This document shows, one piece after another, positions 45,853 through 55,505 of a stretch of 64,000 nt of DNA (within the stretch, counting starts at the first letter, position 1; the number at the start of each line of letters is the position of its first letter). The position numbers and the translations under genes are program-made. Source of the DNA: Bacteroidota bacterium. GTDB taxonomy: Bacteria; Bacteroidota; Bacteroidia; Chitinophagales; BACL12. The notes under the pieces are model-generated. The model was given only the letters and a program-made list of their open reading frames with translations, did not search any database and had not been told where the DNA came from. The DNA is taken from positions 35,055-99,054 of the forward strand of contig WGOA01000045.1 in the NCBI GenBank assembly GCA_016124275.1. The letters are read 5' to 3'.

Positions 45853-46620
45853 ATGGACCATATTGACATTCTCGGTATCCCTGTCATCAATTCTACCGCC
45901 AAAGCGGTAAATCAGGTATTTGATGGCATTCTTGGTCGTCCATTTGAGCGCTGTTATACGGTGTATTTTGTCAATGCCTATGGCGGCAACCTCAGCTTTG
46001 AGGACAAAGCCTTTGCCAAAGCCCTGAAAGAAGCCGATTTTCTGCTTAACGACGGCCTTGGCGTGGACATGGCGGCCTGGATGCGCGGGCGAAAATTCCG
46101 CGAAAACCTGAATGGCTCTGACCTGATCGACGAAGGGGATTTCCTGAAAATCTGCGCTGCAAAAAACTATACGGTCTTTGTGCTTGGCGCCAAACAAGAA
46201 GTGCTGGATTTGGCCGTGGCCAATTACCGAAAAGATTATCCTGGCTTAAAGATCGTCGGTTCACACCACGGATACTTTAACCACTACGGCGACGATCAGT
46301 CGCTGCCGGTTGTGGACGCGATCAATGCTTCTGGCGCTGACGTGCTGTTGGTTGGATTCGGAAACCCACGCCAGGAACATTGGATCAACACTTACAAAAA
46401 CCGTCTGCGTTGCAAAATGGCCATTGGCTTTGGCGGCTCCATTGACCAGGTGGCCAAAGTGGTGCCGCGCGCGCCTAAGTTTTGGATCGCCATTCGGATG
46501 GAATGGTTGTTCCGCCTTTTTCAGGAACCTAAACGCCTTTGGAAGCGCTACCTGATCGGTAACCTGGTATTCTTGAGCCGCGCATTGGTGGGCAGCAAAG
46601 GCTTGTACAAAGAGGTTTAG
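45853..46620 (+). CDS. WecB/TagA/CpsF family glycosyltransferase
   Basis: MDHIDILGIPVINSTAKA..., 'LNDGLGV', 'VFVLGAKQEVL', 'LLVGFGNPRQEHWI' and 'GFGGSIDQVAK.VPRAP.....MEWLFRL..EP.RLWKRY' are TagA/WecG family motifs. The start is set at Met 45853. Confidence 0.8.
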   Translation: MDHIDILGIPVINSTAKAVNQVFDGILGRPFERCYTVYFVNAYGGNLSFEDKAFAKALKEADFLLNDGLGVDMAAWMRGRKFRENLNGSDLIDEGDFLKICAAKNYTVFVLGAKQEVLDLAVANYRKDYPGLKIVGSHHGYFNHYGDDQSLPVVDAINASGADVLLVGFGNPRQEHWINTYKNRLRCKMAIGFGGSIDQVAKVVPRAPKFWIAIRMEWLFRLFQEPKRLWKRYLIGNLVFLSRALVGSKGLYKEV

Positions 46621-46642
46621 GGTGCTGGGTTAGGCCCAGGCG

Positions 46643-47371
46643 TTAACGCAACCGGCTCCAGTAGAGCTTGCGAAACGTGTTGACGGTGTCGTACTGAAGA
46701 CGCGATGCAGGAGCCTTCGGGAAATTCTTCCAGGATTCCGGAAATTCATACCCCCACTCGTTCATGTATTCGCTGAAGAGTTTGACCGCACGCGCCTGAA
46801 GCTCCGGGGTATCGTAGTACGACCAGAAATCGCGGCTTTTTTGGCCGGTAACGTTTTTGCTGGGCAATGGCCGCACTGGCTCTATGTTGATTTTGCGCAA
46901 CGCCGTGGCAAAATCTTCCTGCAAGTTTTCGTAGCGAATTAGATAATCAAACCTATGGTGATCCAGGATAGACCAACTGGAATAGGGCATGGTGTAAAAG
47001 CGCTTAAAAAATGCCCCAAAATCAGCTTCGTTTTCTTTGATGAATTCAAAACGACTGCGGTCCCAATAAAGAAGAAAATATTTGTGCAAAAAACCAAAAT
47101 CCTTTTTGCGCTGATTGGAATAGGCTCCAACGTGGTCAGTTTTGTATTTGAAAAACTTTGAAACGACAACATCCAAAGGATTTCTTATGTTTGAAAATAC
47201 AAAATACTTTTTTTCTTCTGGCGATGCCTGTTTCATAAAATCAGCATACAGCGCGTGCTTGAAGAGAATTTTCTCCCCCGCATAAAGCTCCAGCAATTCG
47301 TTCTGCACCGTGGTGCAGGCCGTTTGCGGTAACTGGATGTATACGTACTTGTGTTTGTGCGAAACGACCAC
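46643..47371 (-). CDS. sulfotransferase family protein
   Basis: 'KHKYVYIQLPQTACTTVQNEL' is a 5'-PSB-like loop of the Sulfotransfer_2-type family, and 'FVFSNIRNPLDVVVSKF' is a 3'-PB-like region. 242 aa. Confidence 0.6.
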   Translation of the reverse strand: MVVSHKHKYVYIQLPQTACTTVQNELLELYAGEKILFKHALYADFMKQASPEEKKYFVFSNIRNPLDVVVSKFFKYKTDHVGAYSNQRKKDFGFLHKYFLLYWDRSRFEFIKENEADFGAFFKRFYTMPYSSWSILDHHRFDYLIRYENLQEDFATALRKINIEPVRPLPSKNVTGQKSRDFWSYYDTPELQARAVKLFSEYMNEWGYEFPESWKNFPKAPASRLQYDTVNTFRKLYWSRLR

Positions 47372-47577
47372 GGCTAAACTTCAATTGTTCAGGCTTACGC
47401 AAAAACGGAAGCCCCGGTTACCTTTCCGAGCGCGAAGTTACCCAGAATCCAGCTCCTTTTCTGGGAAAAGCGGGTTTGAATGCGCGCAGCCATGCTAGGG
47501 AGCCTTCTTGTTCAACGGCCAATCCGCTTGCGCAGTTGGCTGAAAATCAGGAAGTTTCGCGGTATTTTCAGGCGCTC

Positions 47578-48744
47578 ATGAACCATACTCTCATTCTTGG
47601 AGCCGGACCCGCTGGTCTGGCCATGGCCGGTCGCCTTAGGGCCGCTGGTCAGTCGTTTGACGTTCTGGAACAATTCCACGGAATTGCCCCATCCTGGCAA
47701 AACCACTACCGCCGTTTGCACCTGCATACGGTCAAGAAATTCAGCAATCTTCCCGGCGAGCCGCTGCTGGATAGCCTTCCTAAATACGTGCCTCGCCAGG
47801 ATTTGGTCAATTATTACCAACACTACGCAGCGTCGCGAGGTATTGAGCCAATTTTTGGCCAAACTGTTAGCCAAGTGCGTCATTTAGGGGGGCATTGGCA
47901 GGTCAATACCCAGGACCGGACGTTTGAAGCTAGTCAGGTAGTGGTTGCCACAGGGTTCAATCGCCGCCCCAAACAGCCTAAATGGGCGGGCGAAGAGCAG
48001 TTTGGAGGGGAGATCCTGCACAGCCGCCATTATCGCTCGGCTGAGGGCTACCGGGGGAAAAAGGTGCTTGTGGTGGGTTTTGGCAACACCGGGGCTGAAA
48101 TTGCCCTGGATTTGCTGGAGCAAGGGGCGCTGCCGTCGCTATCCGTGCGCAGCCCGGTCAACGTGGTGCCGCGCGATTTTCTGGGCAACGCCACACAAGA
48201 AAGTGCGATGGTGTTGTCCAAATTGCCAACATTCATCAGCGACCCGATCGGTCAGTTGTTCCAACGCCTTGCCATAGGAGACCTGACGCGGTATGGGCTG
48301 CGCAAGCCGCCGGAAGCACCGGCATGGCAGCAGCGCACCCTTGGCAAAACGCCGGTTATGGACATTGGGACGGTAGCAGCCATCAAACGAGGGGCCATTC
48401 CTGTCTTTCCGGGCATTTTGCAATACAGTCCAGGACAGGTTCATTTTGTGGACAGCCGCTCTGAATCATTTGACGCAGTGATTCTTGCTACCGGATATGC
48501 GGCGGCTGTGGAGGAATTTTTGGAAGATGCCAGCTCCCTGCTCAACAATCTTGGTGTGCCATCCGGATTGTGGTTTGACCATAAACCTGGATTGTACTTC
48601 CTCGGATTTGATGCCTATTCCAATGGTTTGTTGTGGAGCATTCGCGAGGATTCCGGCAAAATCCTGAACCATATGTTAGCCCGCCAGGCGCAGGAGAGTC
48701 CTTCCACCAGCGTTACCGCGTTGGAACCTGCGGGCAACCTTTAA
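47578..48744 (+). CDS. flavin-containing monooxygenase-like NAD(P)/FAD-dependent oxidoreductase (YUCCA/ArsO-like)
   Basis: MNHTLILGAGPAGLAMAGRL carries the FAD GxGxxG motif. 'W...Y..L.LHT.K.FS.LPG' is present. The second dinucleotide site is 'VLVVGFGNTGAEIALDL', and 'ATGY' lies near the C-terminus. The start is set at Met 47578. Confidence 0.7.
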   Translation: MNHTLILGAGPAGLAMAGRLRAAGQSFDVLEQFHGIAPSWQNHYRRLHLHTVKKFSNLPGEPLLDSLPKYVPRQDLVNYYQHYAASRGIEPIFGQTVSQVRHLGGHWQVNTQDRTFEASQVVVATGFNRRPKQPKWAGEEQFGGEILHSRHYRSAEGYRGKKVLVVGFGNTGAEIALDLLEQGALPSLSVRSPVNVVPRDFLGNATQESAMVLSKLPTFISDPIGQLFQRLAIGDLTRYGLRKPPEAPAWQQRTLGKTPVMDIGTVAAIKRGAIPVFPGILQYSPGQVHFVDSRSESFDAVILATGYAAAVEEFLEDASSLLNNLGVPSGLWFDHKPGLYFLGFDAYSNGLLWSIREDSGKILNHMLARQAQESPSTSVTALEPAGNL

Positions 48745-48754
48745 AGCCGATACC

Positions 48755-50422
48755 ATGAAAAATTTTGCGGACCACGTAGATTATATTCTGGTTGGTGCAG
48801 GCTCAGCAGGTTGCGTTCTGGCCAACCGGTTGAGTGCTGATCCTTCGGTGCGGGTTTTGCTTTTGGAGGCTGGAGTCCCGGATGCCAAAATGGAGATTCC
48901 AGTGCCCGGTGCTTTTTATAAACTGTTTAAAACAGAAGTGGACTGGGCCTATTCCTCGACACCGCAACCCGGTTTAAATGGCCGGAGCCTGTTCATGCCC
49001 CGCGGAAAGACTTTGGGTGGCAGTTCCAGCATCAACGCCATGATCTACATCCGGGGTCATCGCAGCGATTACGACCACTGGCAGGAACTCGGTAACCCAG
49101 GCTGGGATTATGAATCGGTGTTGCCTTTGTTTCGCCGCTCGGAGGATTTTGCCGATGGGGCCGATGAATTCCACGGAGAGGGAGGTGATTTAACGGTTTC
49201 GCGGCCCCGCTTTCCCCATGAAATGGGCGAGGCGTTTATTCAATCGGCAGAGGCACTGGGGTTTGACCGGAACAACGATTTCAACGGCGAGCATCAGACG
49301 GGTTTTGGCCGGTACCACGTCAATATCCGCAACGGCAAGCGCTGCTCCAGTGCGGTAGCTTTTTTGCGGCCCATCCTGAACCGACCCAACCTCACTGTCG
49401 TCACGCAGGCCCAGGTTTCCGAAATTTTAATGGAAGAAGGTCGTGCGACTGGCGTGCGTTGCATGCTCACGCAAGGCACAGACGGCCGCCAACGCCGGGT
49501 TCAGGATTACCATTGCCGGCGCGAAGTAATTCTCTGCGGAGGGGCCATCAACAGCCCACAACTGCTGATGTTATCTGGCATCGGGCCCAAAGATCATTTG
49601 GAGGAATTGGGGTTGCCTGTACTCCGCGACCTGCCTGGTGTAGGCCTCAATCTACAGGATCACCTGTTCGCGCCGTTGGTCTTTAGCAACCGCCAGCGCA
49701 ATTCCATGGATACGGTAGATCGGCCCGCTCATCTTTTGCCGAACCTCCTCCAATTCTTTCTCCTGGATAGAGGACCACTGACCAGCAACATTGCGGAATC
49801 GGGCGGGTTTATTCGCACTGTTGAAGGGCTCCGCGCTCCCGACATGCAGTTTCACTTTATCCCGGCATATTTCGTCAACCACGGCTTTGAGCGGCCAGAC
49901 GGCCATGGCCTTTCGCTTTGTGCCACCTTGCTTGCTCCGCAAAGCCGAGGGTCCATTCAACTCCGTTCGGCCGATCCGCTGGCATCGCCCATCATCGACC
50001 CCCAGCATTATTCCAAAAAGGCTGACCTCGAAACCATGAAGCGCGGTGTCCAAATGGCGCTGGAAATATTGCGTCAGGAACCTATGGCGCCTTATCTGGG
50101 CAAGCCTTTTTCGCCCGATGAACATTGGCCGAATGATGCCGCCCTGGAGCAATGGATTCGCAACACCAGTGAAGCGCTTTACCACCCGGTGGGTACCTGC
50201 AAAATGGGGCAGGACAGCCTGGCAGTTGTGGATGCCAGCCTTCGGGTACACGGCATTCGCGGCTTGCGGGTGGCCGATGCTTCTATTATGCCCGAAATCG
50301 TCCGGGGCAATACACATGCACCAACAGTTATGATTGGAGAAAAGGCCGCCGACCTGATCCTTGAAGACGCTCGCCAGGCCAGAAAAGGACTTTCGACGGT
50401 TAAAAAGACGGTAAACGGATAG
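48755..50422 (+). CDS. GMC family oxidoreductase (choline/alcohol dehydrogenase-like)
   Basis: 'DYILVGAGSAGCVLANRLSADPSVRVLLLEAG', 'GKTLGGSSSINAMIYIRG' and 'HPVGTCKMG......VVD..LRVHGI.GLRVADASIMP' are GMC signatures 1 and 2. Confidence 0.9.
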   Translation: MKNFADHVDYILVGAGSAGCVLANRLSADPSVRVLLLEAGVPDAKMEIPVPGAFYKLFKTEVDWAYSSTPQPGLNGRSLFMPRGKTLGGSSSINAMIYIRGHRSDYDHWQELGNPGWDYESVLPLFRRSEDFADGADEFHGEGGDLTVSRPRFPHEMGEAFIQSAEALGFDRNNDFNGEHQTGFGRYHVNIRNGKRCSSAVAFLRPILNRPNLTVVTQAQVSEILMEEGRATGVRCMLTQGTDGRQRRVQDYHCRREVILCGGAINSPQLLMLSGIGPKDHLEELGLPVLRDLPGVGLNLQDHLFAPLVFSNRQRNSMDTVDRPAHLLPNLLQFFLLDRGPLTSNIAESGGFIRTVEGLRAPDMQFHFIPAYFVNHGFERPDGHGLSLCATLLAPQSRGSIQLRSADPLASPIIDPQHYSKKADLETMKRGVQMALEILRQEPMAPYLGKPFSPDEHWPNDAALEQWIRNTSEALYHPVGTCKMGQDSLAVVDASLRVHGIRGLRVADASIMPEIVRGNTHAPTVMIGEKAADLILEDARQARKGLSTVKKTVNG

Positions 50423-50482
50423 TTTGCCCGTATTTTTAAGGAAACATCCAGAAACAAGAGCTTTCTGTAAAATGCTGATTTT

Positions 50483-51940
50483 ATGGCCACGCTAACTTCA
50501 CACGCTTCCAAAACGCTCAATGGGCCTTCGCAAGCCGACGCCATACAAGCTGTTTTTCAGGCTCAGAAAGTTTATGCTCCGGAACTTGCCCTGACCAGCG
50601 CCCGGCAGCGTATCGCTTCGTTAAAAAAGCTTCAGCGTGAGCTGATGAAGCGGCAACAAATATTTCGCGATGCCATGCTGGCTGACTTTAACAAGCCAGC
50701 CACAGAGGTTGATTTGACTGAACTGTTTCCGGTATCCGCTGAAATAAAGCATACTTGTTCCCATTTGAGTGATTGGATGAAACCCGTAAAGGTGGGCATA
50801 CCTTTGCCTATGCTGGGCAGCTCTGCTGAGATTCGCTACCAGCCTCGTGGAGTGTGCCTGATCATTTCGCCCTGGAATTTTCCCATTAACCTGACTATGA
50901 TGCCCCTGGTGTCGGCTATTGCAGCCGGCAACACTGCCATACTCAAAACCTCTGAACTTACGCCGCATACCAGCCAGGCCATGGCCGATCTTATCGAGGC
51001 GATTTTTGAGCCGAGGGAGGTTGCTGTTTTTCAAGGGGATGCCACGGTTGCACAAGAACTGCTCAAGCAGCCTTTTCACCATATCTTTTTCACAGGCAGT
51101 CCCGCCATAGGAAAGGTTGTGATGCGCGCCGCTGCCGAACACCTGGCCTCCGTCACCCTGGAACTCGGTGGAAAATCTCCGGTCATTGTGCATGAGAGTG
51201 CGGATCTTGAAGATGCCGTTCGCAACATTGCCTGGGGTAAATTCATCAACAACGGCCAAATTTGTCTATCGCCGGATTATGTGCTTTTGCCCGAGTCTTT
51301 GCACGATTCGTTTAACGAGCTCATGCAAGCGCAGGTGCAAAAGTTTTACGGGAAAACGGACGAGGCTCGTCGGGCCAGCGACAGTTATGCGCGCATCGTC
51401 AACAACCGGCATTTTGAACGGCTTCAAGGGTTGCTGGACGATGCGGTAGCTAAAGGAGCAACCGTCGCCCTTGGCGGTGTGACCCGCTCGGAGGAACGCT
51501 ACATTTCGCCCACTGTTCTTGGCAACATAACCGATGATATGGCCATAATGCAGGAGGAAATCTTTGGCCCCATCCTGCCCGTATTGCTTTATACGGAACT
51601 TGAAGATGCCATCGCCTATGTGAATGAACGACCGCGCCCTTTAGCGTTGTATGTGTACGCTGGAAAGTCTGCACCCATTGAACATATTCTGGAGCGCACC
51701 GTCTCTGGAGGGGCCTGCATTAACAACAATGTGGTGCACTTTTTTAATCCCAACATTCCTTTTGGGGGCGTCAACAACAGCGGGTTTGGCAGCAGCCATG
51801 GGGTTCACGGGTTTAAAACGTTTAGCCATGCTCGGGGTGTCGTGCACCAGCAGCCTAATCTGACGGCGGTTCGTTTGATGATGCCACCTTATTCTGCTAA
51901 TGTGGATCGTTTGGTGGATCTCACAATCAAACTCTTTTAG
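50483..51940 (+). CDS. aldehyde dehydrogenase, class-3 / fatty- or coniferyl-aldehyde dehydrogenase-like
   Basis: 'PRGVCLIISPWNFPINL', 'LELGGKSP' (catalytic Glu) and 'FINNGQICLSPDY' (catalytic Cys). The 485-aa architecture has a short N-terminus, typical of the ALDH3/AlkH type. Confidence 0.85.
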   Translation: MATLTSHASKTLNGPSQADAIQAVFQAQKVYAPELALTSARQRIASLKKLQRELMKRQQIFRDAMLADFNKPATEVDLTELFPVSAEIKHTCSHLSDWMKPVKVGIPLPMLGSSAEIRYQPRGVCLIISPWNFPINLTMMPLVSAIAAGNTAILKTSELTPHTSQAMADLIEAIFEPREVAVFQGDATVAQELLKQPFHHIFFTGSPAIGKVVMRAAAEHLASVTLELGGKSPVIVHESADLEDAVRNIAWGKFINNGQICLSPDYVLLPESLHDSFNELMQAQVQKFYGKTDEARRASDSYARIVNNRHFERLQGLLDDAVAKGATVALGGVTRSEERYISPTVLGNITDDMAIMQEEIFGPILPVLLYTELEDAIAYVNERPRPLALYVYAGKSAPIEHILERTVSGGACINNNVVHFFNPNIPFGGVNNSGFGSSHGVHGFKTFSHARGVVHQQPNLTAVRLMMPPYSANVDRLVDLTIKLF

Positions 51941-51945
51941 GGTTA

Positions 51946-52108
51946 GGGTGCTTCTGAAAAGCCCGGATGCTGCGTTATGCTCAAATTTTAACATCCTCAT
52001 TTACAATCAGTAAACTCCGGTGTTAAAATTTTCGCAAGCCTTGCCTCCAGACTTTTCAGAAGCACCCCGCCAACTTGCTGAAAAGCCCGGATGTTGGGTT
52101 ATGCGCTC
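51946..52108. repeat. composite inverted + direct repeat element filling a convergent intergenic gap
   Basis: Outer 16-bp inverted repeat: GGGTGCTTCTGAAAAG (51946..51961) and CTTTTCAGAAGCACCC (52052..52067). Inner 10-bp inverted repeat: AAATTTTAAC (51983..51992) and GTTAAAATTT (52022..52031). Direct repeat: CTGAAAAGCCCGGATGcTGcGTTATGC (51954..51982) and CTGAAAAGCCCGGATGtTGgGTTATGC (52078..52108). Confidence 0.85.
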
Positions 52109-52110
52109 GA

Positions 52111-53871
52111 CTAAGGGGAAACCGAAGGCGATTCTACGGTTGGAGGAACCAGCGTGTCCGGGGATTGCGCTGCTGCTTCCAAAGCTTCCAGTTGCAGCTT
52201 GCGCTTGGCATCGTTGGCTAACATTTGCGCAGCTTCCCGCGCGCGATCCGCTTCAAAGGCGGCGTCTAATCCGTACAAGTCCAAGTGAAAGATTGGCCAG
52301 CCATCGGCATCTGCCCGTGCGGTGAAGTGCCTGAGATACACCGGAAGGCCAGGGCTCAAGGCTATTTTGTGCTCTTTGCGCTCCGCAATTTTTCGGTCTA
52401 CCAAAGCCATATCAGCCGATCCCGTGTCGCGAGCCAACAGATAGGCGGCAAAGTCCATAGGGCGATCCAGACGAACACAGCCGTGGCTGAAGGAACGGAT
52501 TTCGCTGTCGAAATAGCGCTTTGCATTGGTGTCATGCAGATAAACGCTATGCGTATTGGGAAAGAGAAATTTGACCAAACCCAAGGCATTGGACGTGCCG
52601 CCGTTTTGCCGCACCAGGTAGGGAAAGTTGCCCGCGCTGACCCCGTTCCAGTCAACAGCTTGGGCATCGACTACTGCGCCGCTTCGATCCCGGACCGTAT
52701 AACCGTTGCGGCTCAGGTAGCCAGGATCATTTTGGGTCTTGGGAAGAATTTCTTGTGTGGAAATGCTGTAGGGTACGTGCCAATAGGGATAGGCAACCAA
52801 TACATTAATGGTACTGGTTATTTCAGGTGTCTGATTGCTCCGCGTGCCTACGACGACGCGGTGCGTATGGACCGCTGTGTCTCCATCAATAATCTGCAAT
52901 TCAAAACCAGGCAGGCAAACCCATGCGAAGGGCTGGGTCCAGTCGTTTTCCCAGCGCCAGCGCTCTAAGGTGATAGCCAGGCTGCGGTAGCGGTCGGCAT
53001 TGCTGCGGCCCAGAGCCATGGCTGTGTTGGATCCGATGACCCCATCGTCTTTCAGCCCGTGCATGCGCTGAAAATGGCGCAACGCCAATTGGCTGAGGGA
53101 ATCGGAAGCCCAGCCTGCTGAATCGAGGAACCCTCGCAAGCGCAACAAGTCGCGAGCAAGGGCGTGCGCCTGAATGGAATCCTGTTTCTCTGTGGGTACC
53201 GTTGCAGTGCTGTCTTCCAAGGGGTAAGCCAGGATAAAGCGCGCGGTAGCTTGCTGCAGCGCGTGGTAAAGCGGATTGTCCGGCTGCAAGGCGCGCAGCC
53301 CTTGGTACCACGCACTCGAATCTGCCGAGCTGGCTAACCAAGCCAATAGATCGGGAACCCGCTCATTAGGTGTCCAACTTAGGGCCGCAGAGTCTGGTGC
53401 AAATTGTCCAACAGCCAGGTCATGGCCGAAGCGGAGCAACCCGTCACTGAGTTGCAGTTCCATCCTCGCGTAATCTTTAGGCGAAGCCAGCTCCTGCCGG
53501 GGTTCGGGGAGGTAATGCGCGGGTTCGAGCCCGTAACCCTTGGCGCCGCTGAGCAGCCTCATGGCCCGCCGCCGGGGCGCTTCCCCCAACCACAGGGCAT
53601 CGTAACCTTTGGCCTGGTAAAAGTCCCGCAGGAGCGTTGCACTGGGCAATTCGCGCCCTTCCACCTCCAACGCCTTGTTTTCGCGTCGGGTCAGCAGCTT
53701 TTCCAACTCTTTGCCCACATCCGCCCGCCAGATTTCCGGAACCTCAGGATTGGCCCCATTGTTTTGTGCGCCGGCTTCTTGGGAGTCCGCAGCATTGCAG
53801 GCCTGAAAAAACAGGCATGTACCGAGCGCCATCGCTGATAAACTGCCAAATCTGGGGGCGCTCATCCTCAT
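52111..53871 (-). CDS. L,D-transpeptidase family protein (YcbB/LdtD-like, with peptidoglycan-binding domain)
   Basis: 'LRHFQRMHGLKDDGVIGSNT' is a PG_binding_1 domain. 'VVVGTRSNQTPEI...' leads to the YkuD catalytic motif 'VYLHDTNAKRYF....R.FSHGCVRL'. The start is set at Met 53871 (MRMSAPRFGSLSAMALGTCLFFQAC, a lipoprotein-like signal). Confidence 0.85.
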   Translation of the reverse strand: MRMSAPRFGSLSAMALGTCLFFQACNAADSQEAGAQNNGANPEVPEIWRADVGKELEKLLTRRENKALEVEGRELPSATLLRDFYQAKGYDALWLGEAPRRRAMRLLSGAKGYGLEPAHYLPEPRQELASPKDYARMELQLSDGLLRFGHDLAVGQFAPDSAALSWTPNERVPDLLAWLASSADSSAWYQGLRALQPDNPLYHALQQATARFILAYPLEDSTATVPTEKQDSIQAHALARDLLRLRGFLDSAGWASDSLSQLALRHFQRMHGLKDDGVIGSNTAMALGRSNADRYRSLAITLERWRWENDWTQPFAWVCLPGFELQIIDGDTAVHTHRVVVGTRSNQTPEITSTINVLVAYPYWHVPYSISTQEILPKTQNDPGYLSRNGYTVRDRSGAVVDAQAVDWNGVSAGNFPYLVRQNGGTSNALGLVKFLFPNTHSVYLHDTNAKRYFDSEIRSFSHGCVRLDRPMDFAAYLLARDTGSADMALVDRKIAERKEHKIALSPGLPVYLRHFTARADADGWPIFHLDLYGLDAAFEADRAREAAQMLANDAKRKLQLEALEAAAQSPDTLVPPTVESPSVSP

Positions 53872-54014
53872 GCGGTGAAAATACACAGGCGTTTGACGCG
53901 ATTTATGCCCGCTATCCACAAGACGGCTGGGTATAGTCCGAAAGGCCCGTTGGTTAGCAACAAGCCCGTGGGTACGGGCAGAAATAATACCAGCCATGCG
54001 CCTGAAACTGCCCA

Positions 54015-55505
54015 TTATTCGTTCTTAAATCCAGGCTGGGGAATAGCATGCTCAAAGAGCAACGCCCCATCGACATCGTGAAAACGGACGTTCAAGACCC
54101 TGCGGCCCTTTCCCCCAATGATCTCCAGCATAGCAAAATTGCGTTGCTCCAGCAGCGAACCCGGCAACAAAAGGCTGTTGTGCTCCTCTTTGGGTTTATG
54201 CGCTCCGGACGTGAGCGGGGACACGGTCAGATCGTACACCCAGGCGCCACCGGGCAGCTCTAAACGGCTGATTTCGCTGTGGTGCCGATCGCCGCTGAGC
54301 ACGACAACGCCTCGGATGCCTTCCTGATCCATTCGCTGGAGCAAGCGCTGGCGCTCTTCCGGGGCCAGATTTTGATAGGTTTCCCACACTGCAGCCGTGT
54401 TCAGGAGTTGTCCGCCCATCAACACCAGCTTAAAGGTGGCTTTGCTGTTCAGCAGGCTGGCGATGAGCCAATCCTCCTGGGCAGCCCCGAGGAGGGTAGG
54501 GGCAAACGTTTTAGCGCCATTGGGGCTGCGGTGCCAGCGGTTGTCCAGCAGAAAAACATCCACATCAGCCCAACTAAATGCGCTCATGGTGCCCGTTATT
54601 CCTGCCGCCCCGTAGGAAGGGTTGGCCCAAAAGTCCCGGAACGCATCCAGCGTCCATTGCTTGTGGGCAAAACTGCCGTCGGCGTCATTCGGACCAAAAT
54701 CGTGGTCGTCCCAAATGGCGTAATTCGGCGCGATCCGCAATAACCGCTGCATTTCAGGGGTGGCGCGGGTATGGGCATAGCGGTGGTAAACCCCGCTGCG
54801 CGAACTGAAATCAGGATCGCGCAAATACGTGTTGTCCCCCAGCCAAAACATGGCGTCGGGCGCCTGATCCGCAATGGACCCAAAGATGCGGTAATCTCCA
54901 CCATAGGGTTTGCCCGGTCTATCATAGCCAGGCTCATTGATGTAGGTGCAACTGCCCGCTGCAAAACGAAGGGTAGGCAAGCTGTCCTGAAACTGCCACA
55001 CCAACGCAGTGTGAAAGGGTACACTTTCCGCTTCGGAGCGGTTGCCGTCCTGTGCTATCAGATAGATCCGTGAATTATATGCCTGATCTGGTTGCAAAAG
55101 GGTTGCCGTCAGCGTGCCCAGAAAAAAATCGCTGCCGTCCAGGGACAATTGCGCAGCGCGGACTTCCAAGGGCGCATCCACCGGCCAACATTCCCAAATG
55201 GCTGTGCAAGCCCGGTCTGCGCGAACCCAGAGCTTGGCTTCCCGGTAAGTGATGTGCCCAAGCATGAGGCCCAAGAGGGCTGGAGCCTCTTCCATACCAT
55301 TGGGCATGCTATGCTTCGGGGGAAGGGGGACTCTCTGCTCCGCGGCAGTTGCCGTCAATCCCGGAGACAGTTCCAGCGCCCGTCCGGAGGTCCAACCTGG
55401 TTGCGGGGAGCAGACGAAAAACAGGGCCAGGATGATGCTCCATGATGCTCCCGATGGGCATTGCCTGTAAACCATAGCCGGGCTTAAGCGAGACGTGATC
55501 ATCAT
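54015..55505 (-). CDS. alkaline phosphatase D (PhoD) family protein
   Basis: 'FAAGSCTY', 'FWLGDNTYLRD', 'IWDDHDFGPNDADG' and 'VLSGDRHHSEI' are PhoD-like metallophosphatase motifs. The start is set at Met 55505. Confidence 0.8.
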   Translation of the reverse strand: MMITSRLSPAMVYRQCPSGASWSIILALFFVCSPQPGWTSGRALELSPGLTATAAEQRVPLPPKHSMPNGMEEAPALLGLMLGHITYREAKLWVRADRACTAIWECWPVDAPLEVRAAQLSLDGSDFFLGTLTATLLQPDQAYNSRIYLIAQDGNRSEAESVPFHTALVWQFQDSLPTLRFAAGSCTYINEPGYDRPGKPYGGDYRIFGSIADQAPDAMFWLGDNTYLRDPDFSSRSGVYHRYAHTRATPEMQRLLRIAPNYAIWDDHDFGPNDADGSFAHKQWTLDAFRDFWANPSYGAAGITGTMSAFSWADVDVFLLDNRWHRSPNGAKTFAPTLLGAAQEDWLIASLLNSKATFKLVLMGGQLLNTAAVWETYQNLAPEERQRLLQRMDQEGIRGVVVLSGDRHHSEISRLELPGGAWVYDLTVSPLTSGAHKPKEEHNSLLLPGSLLEQRNFAMLEIIGGKGRRVLNVRFHDVDGALLFEHAIPQPGFKNE

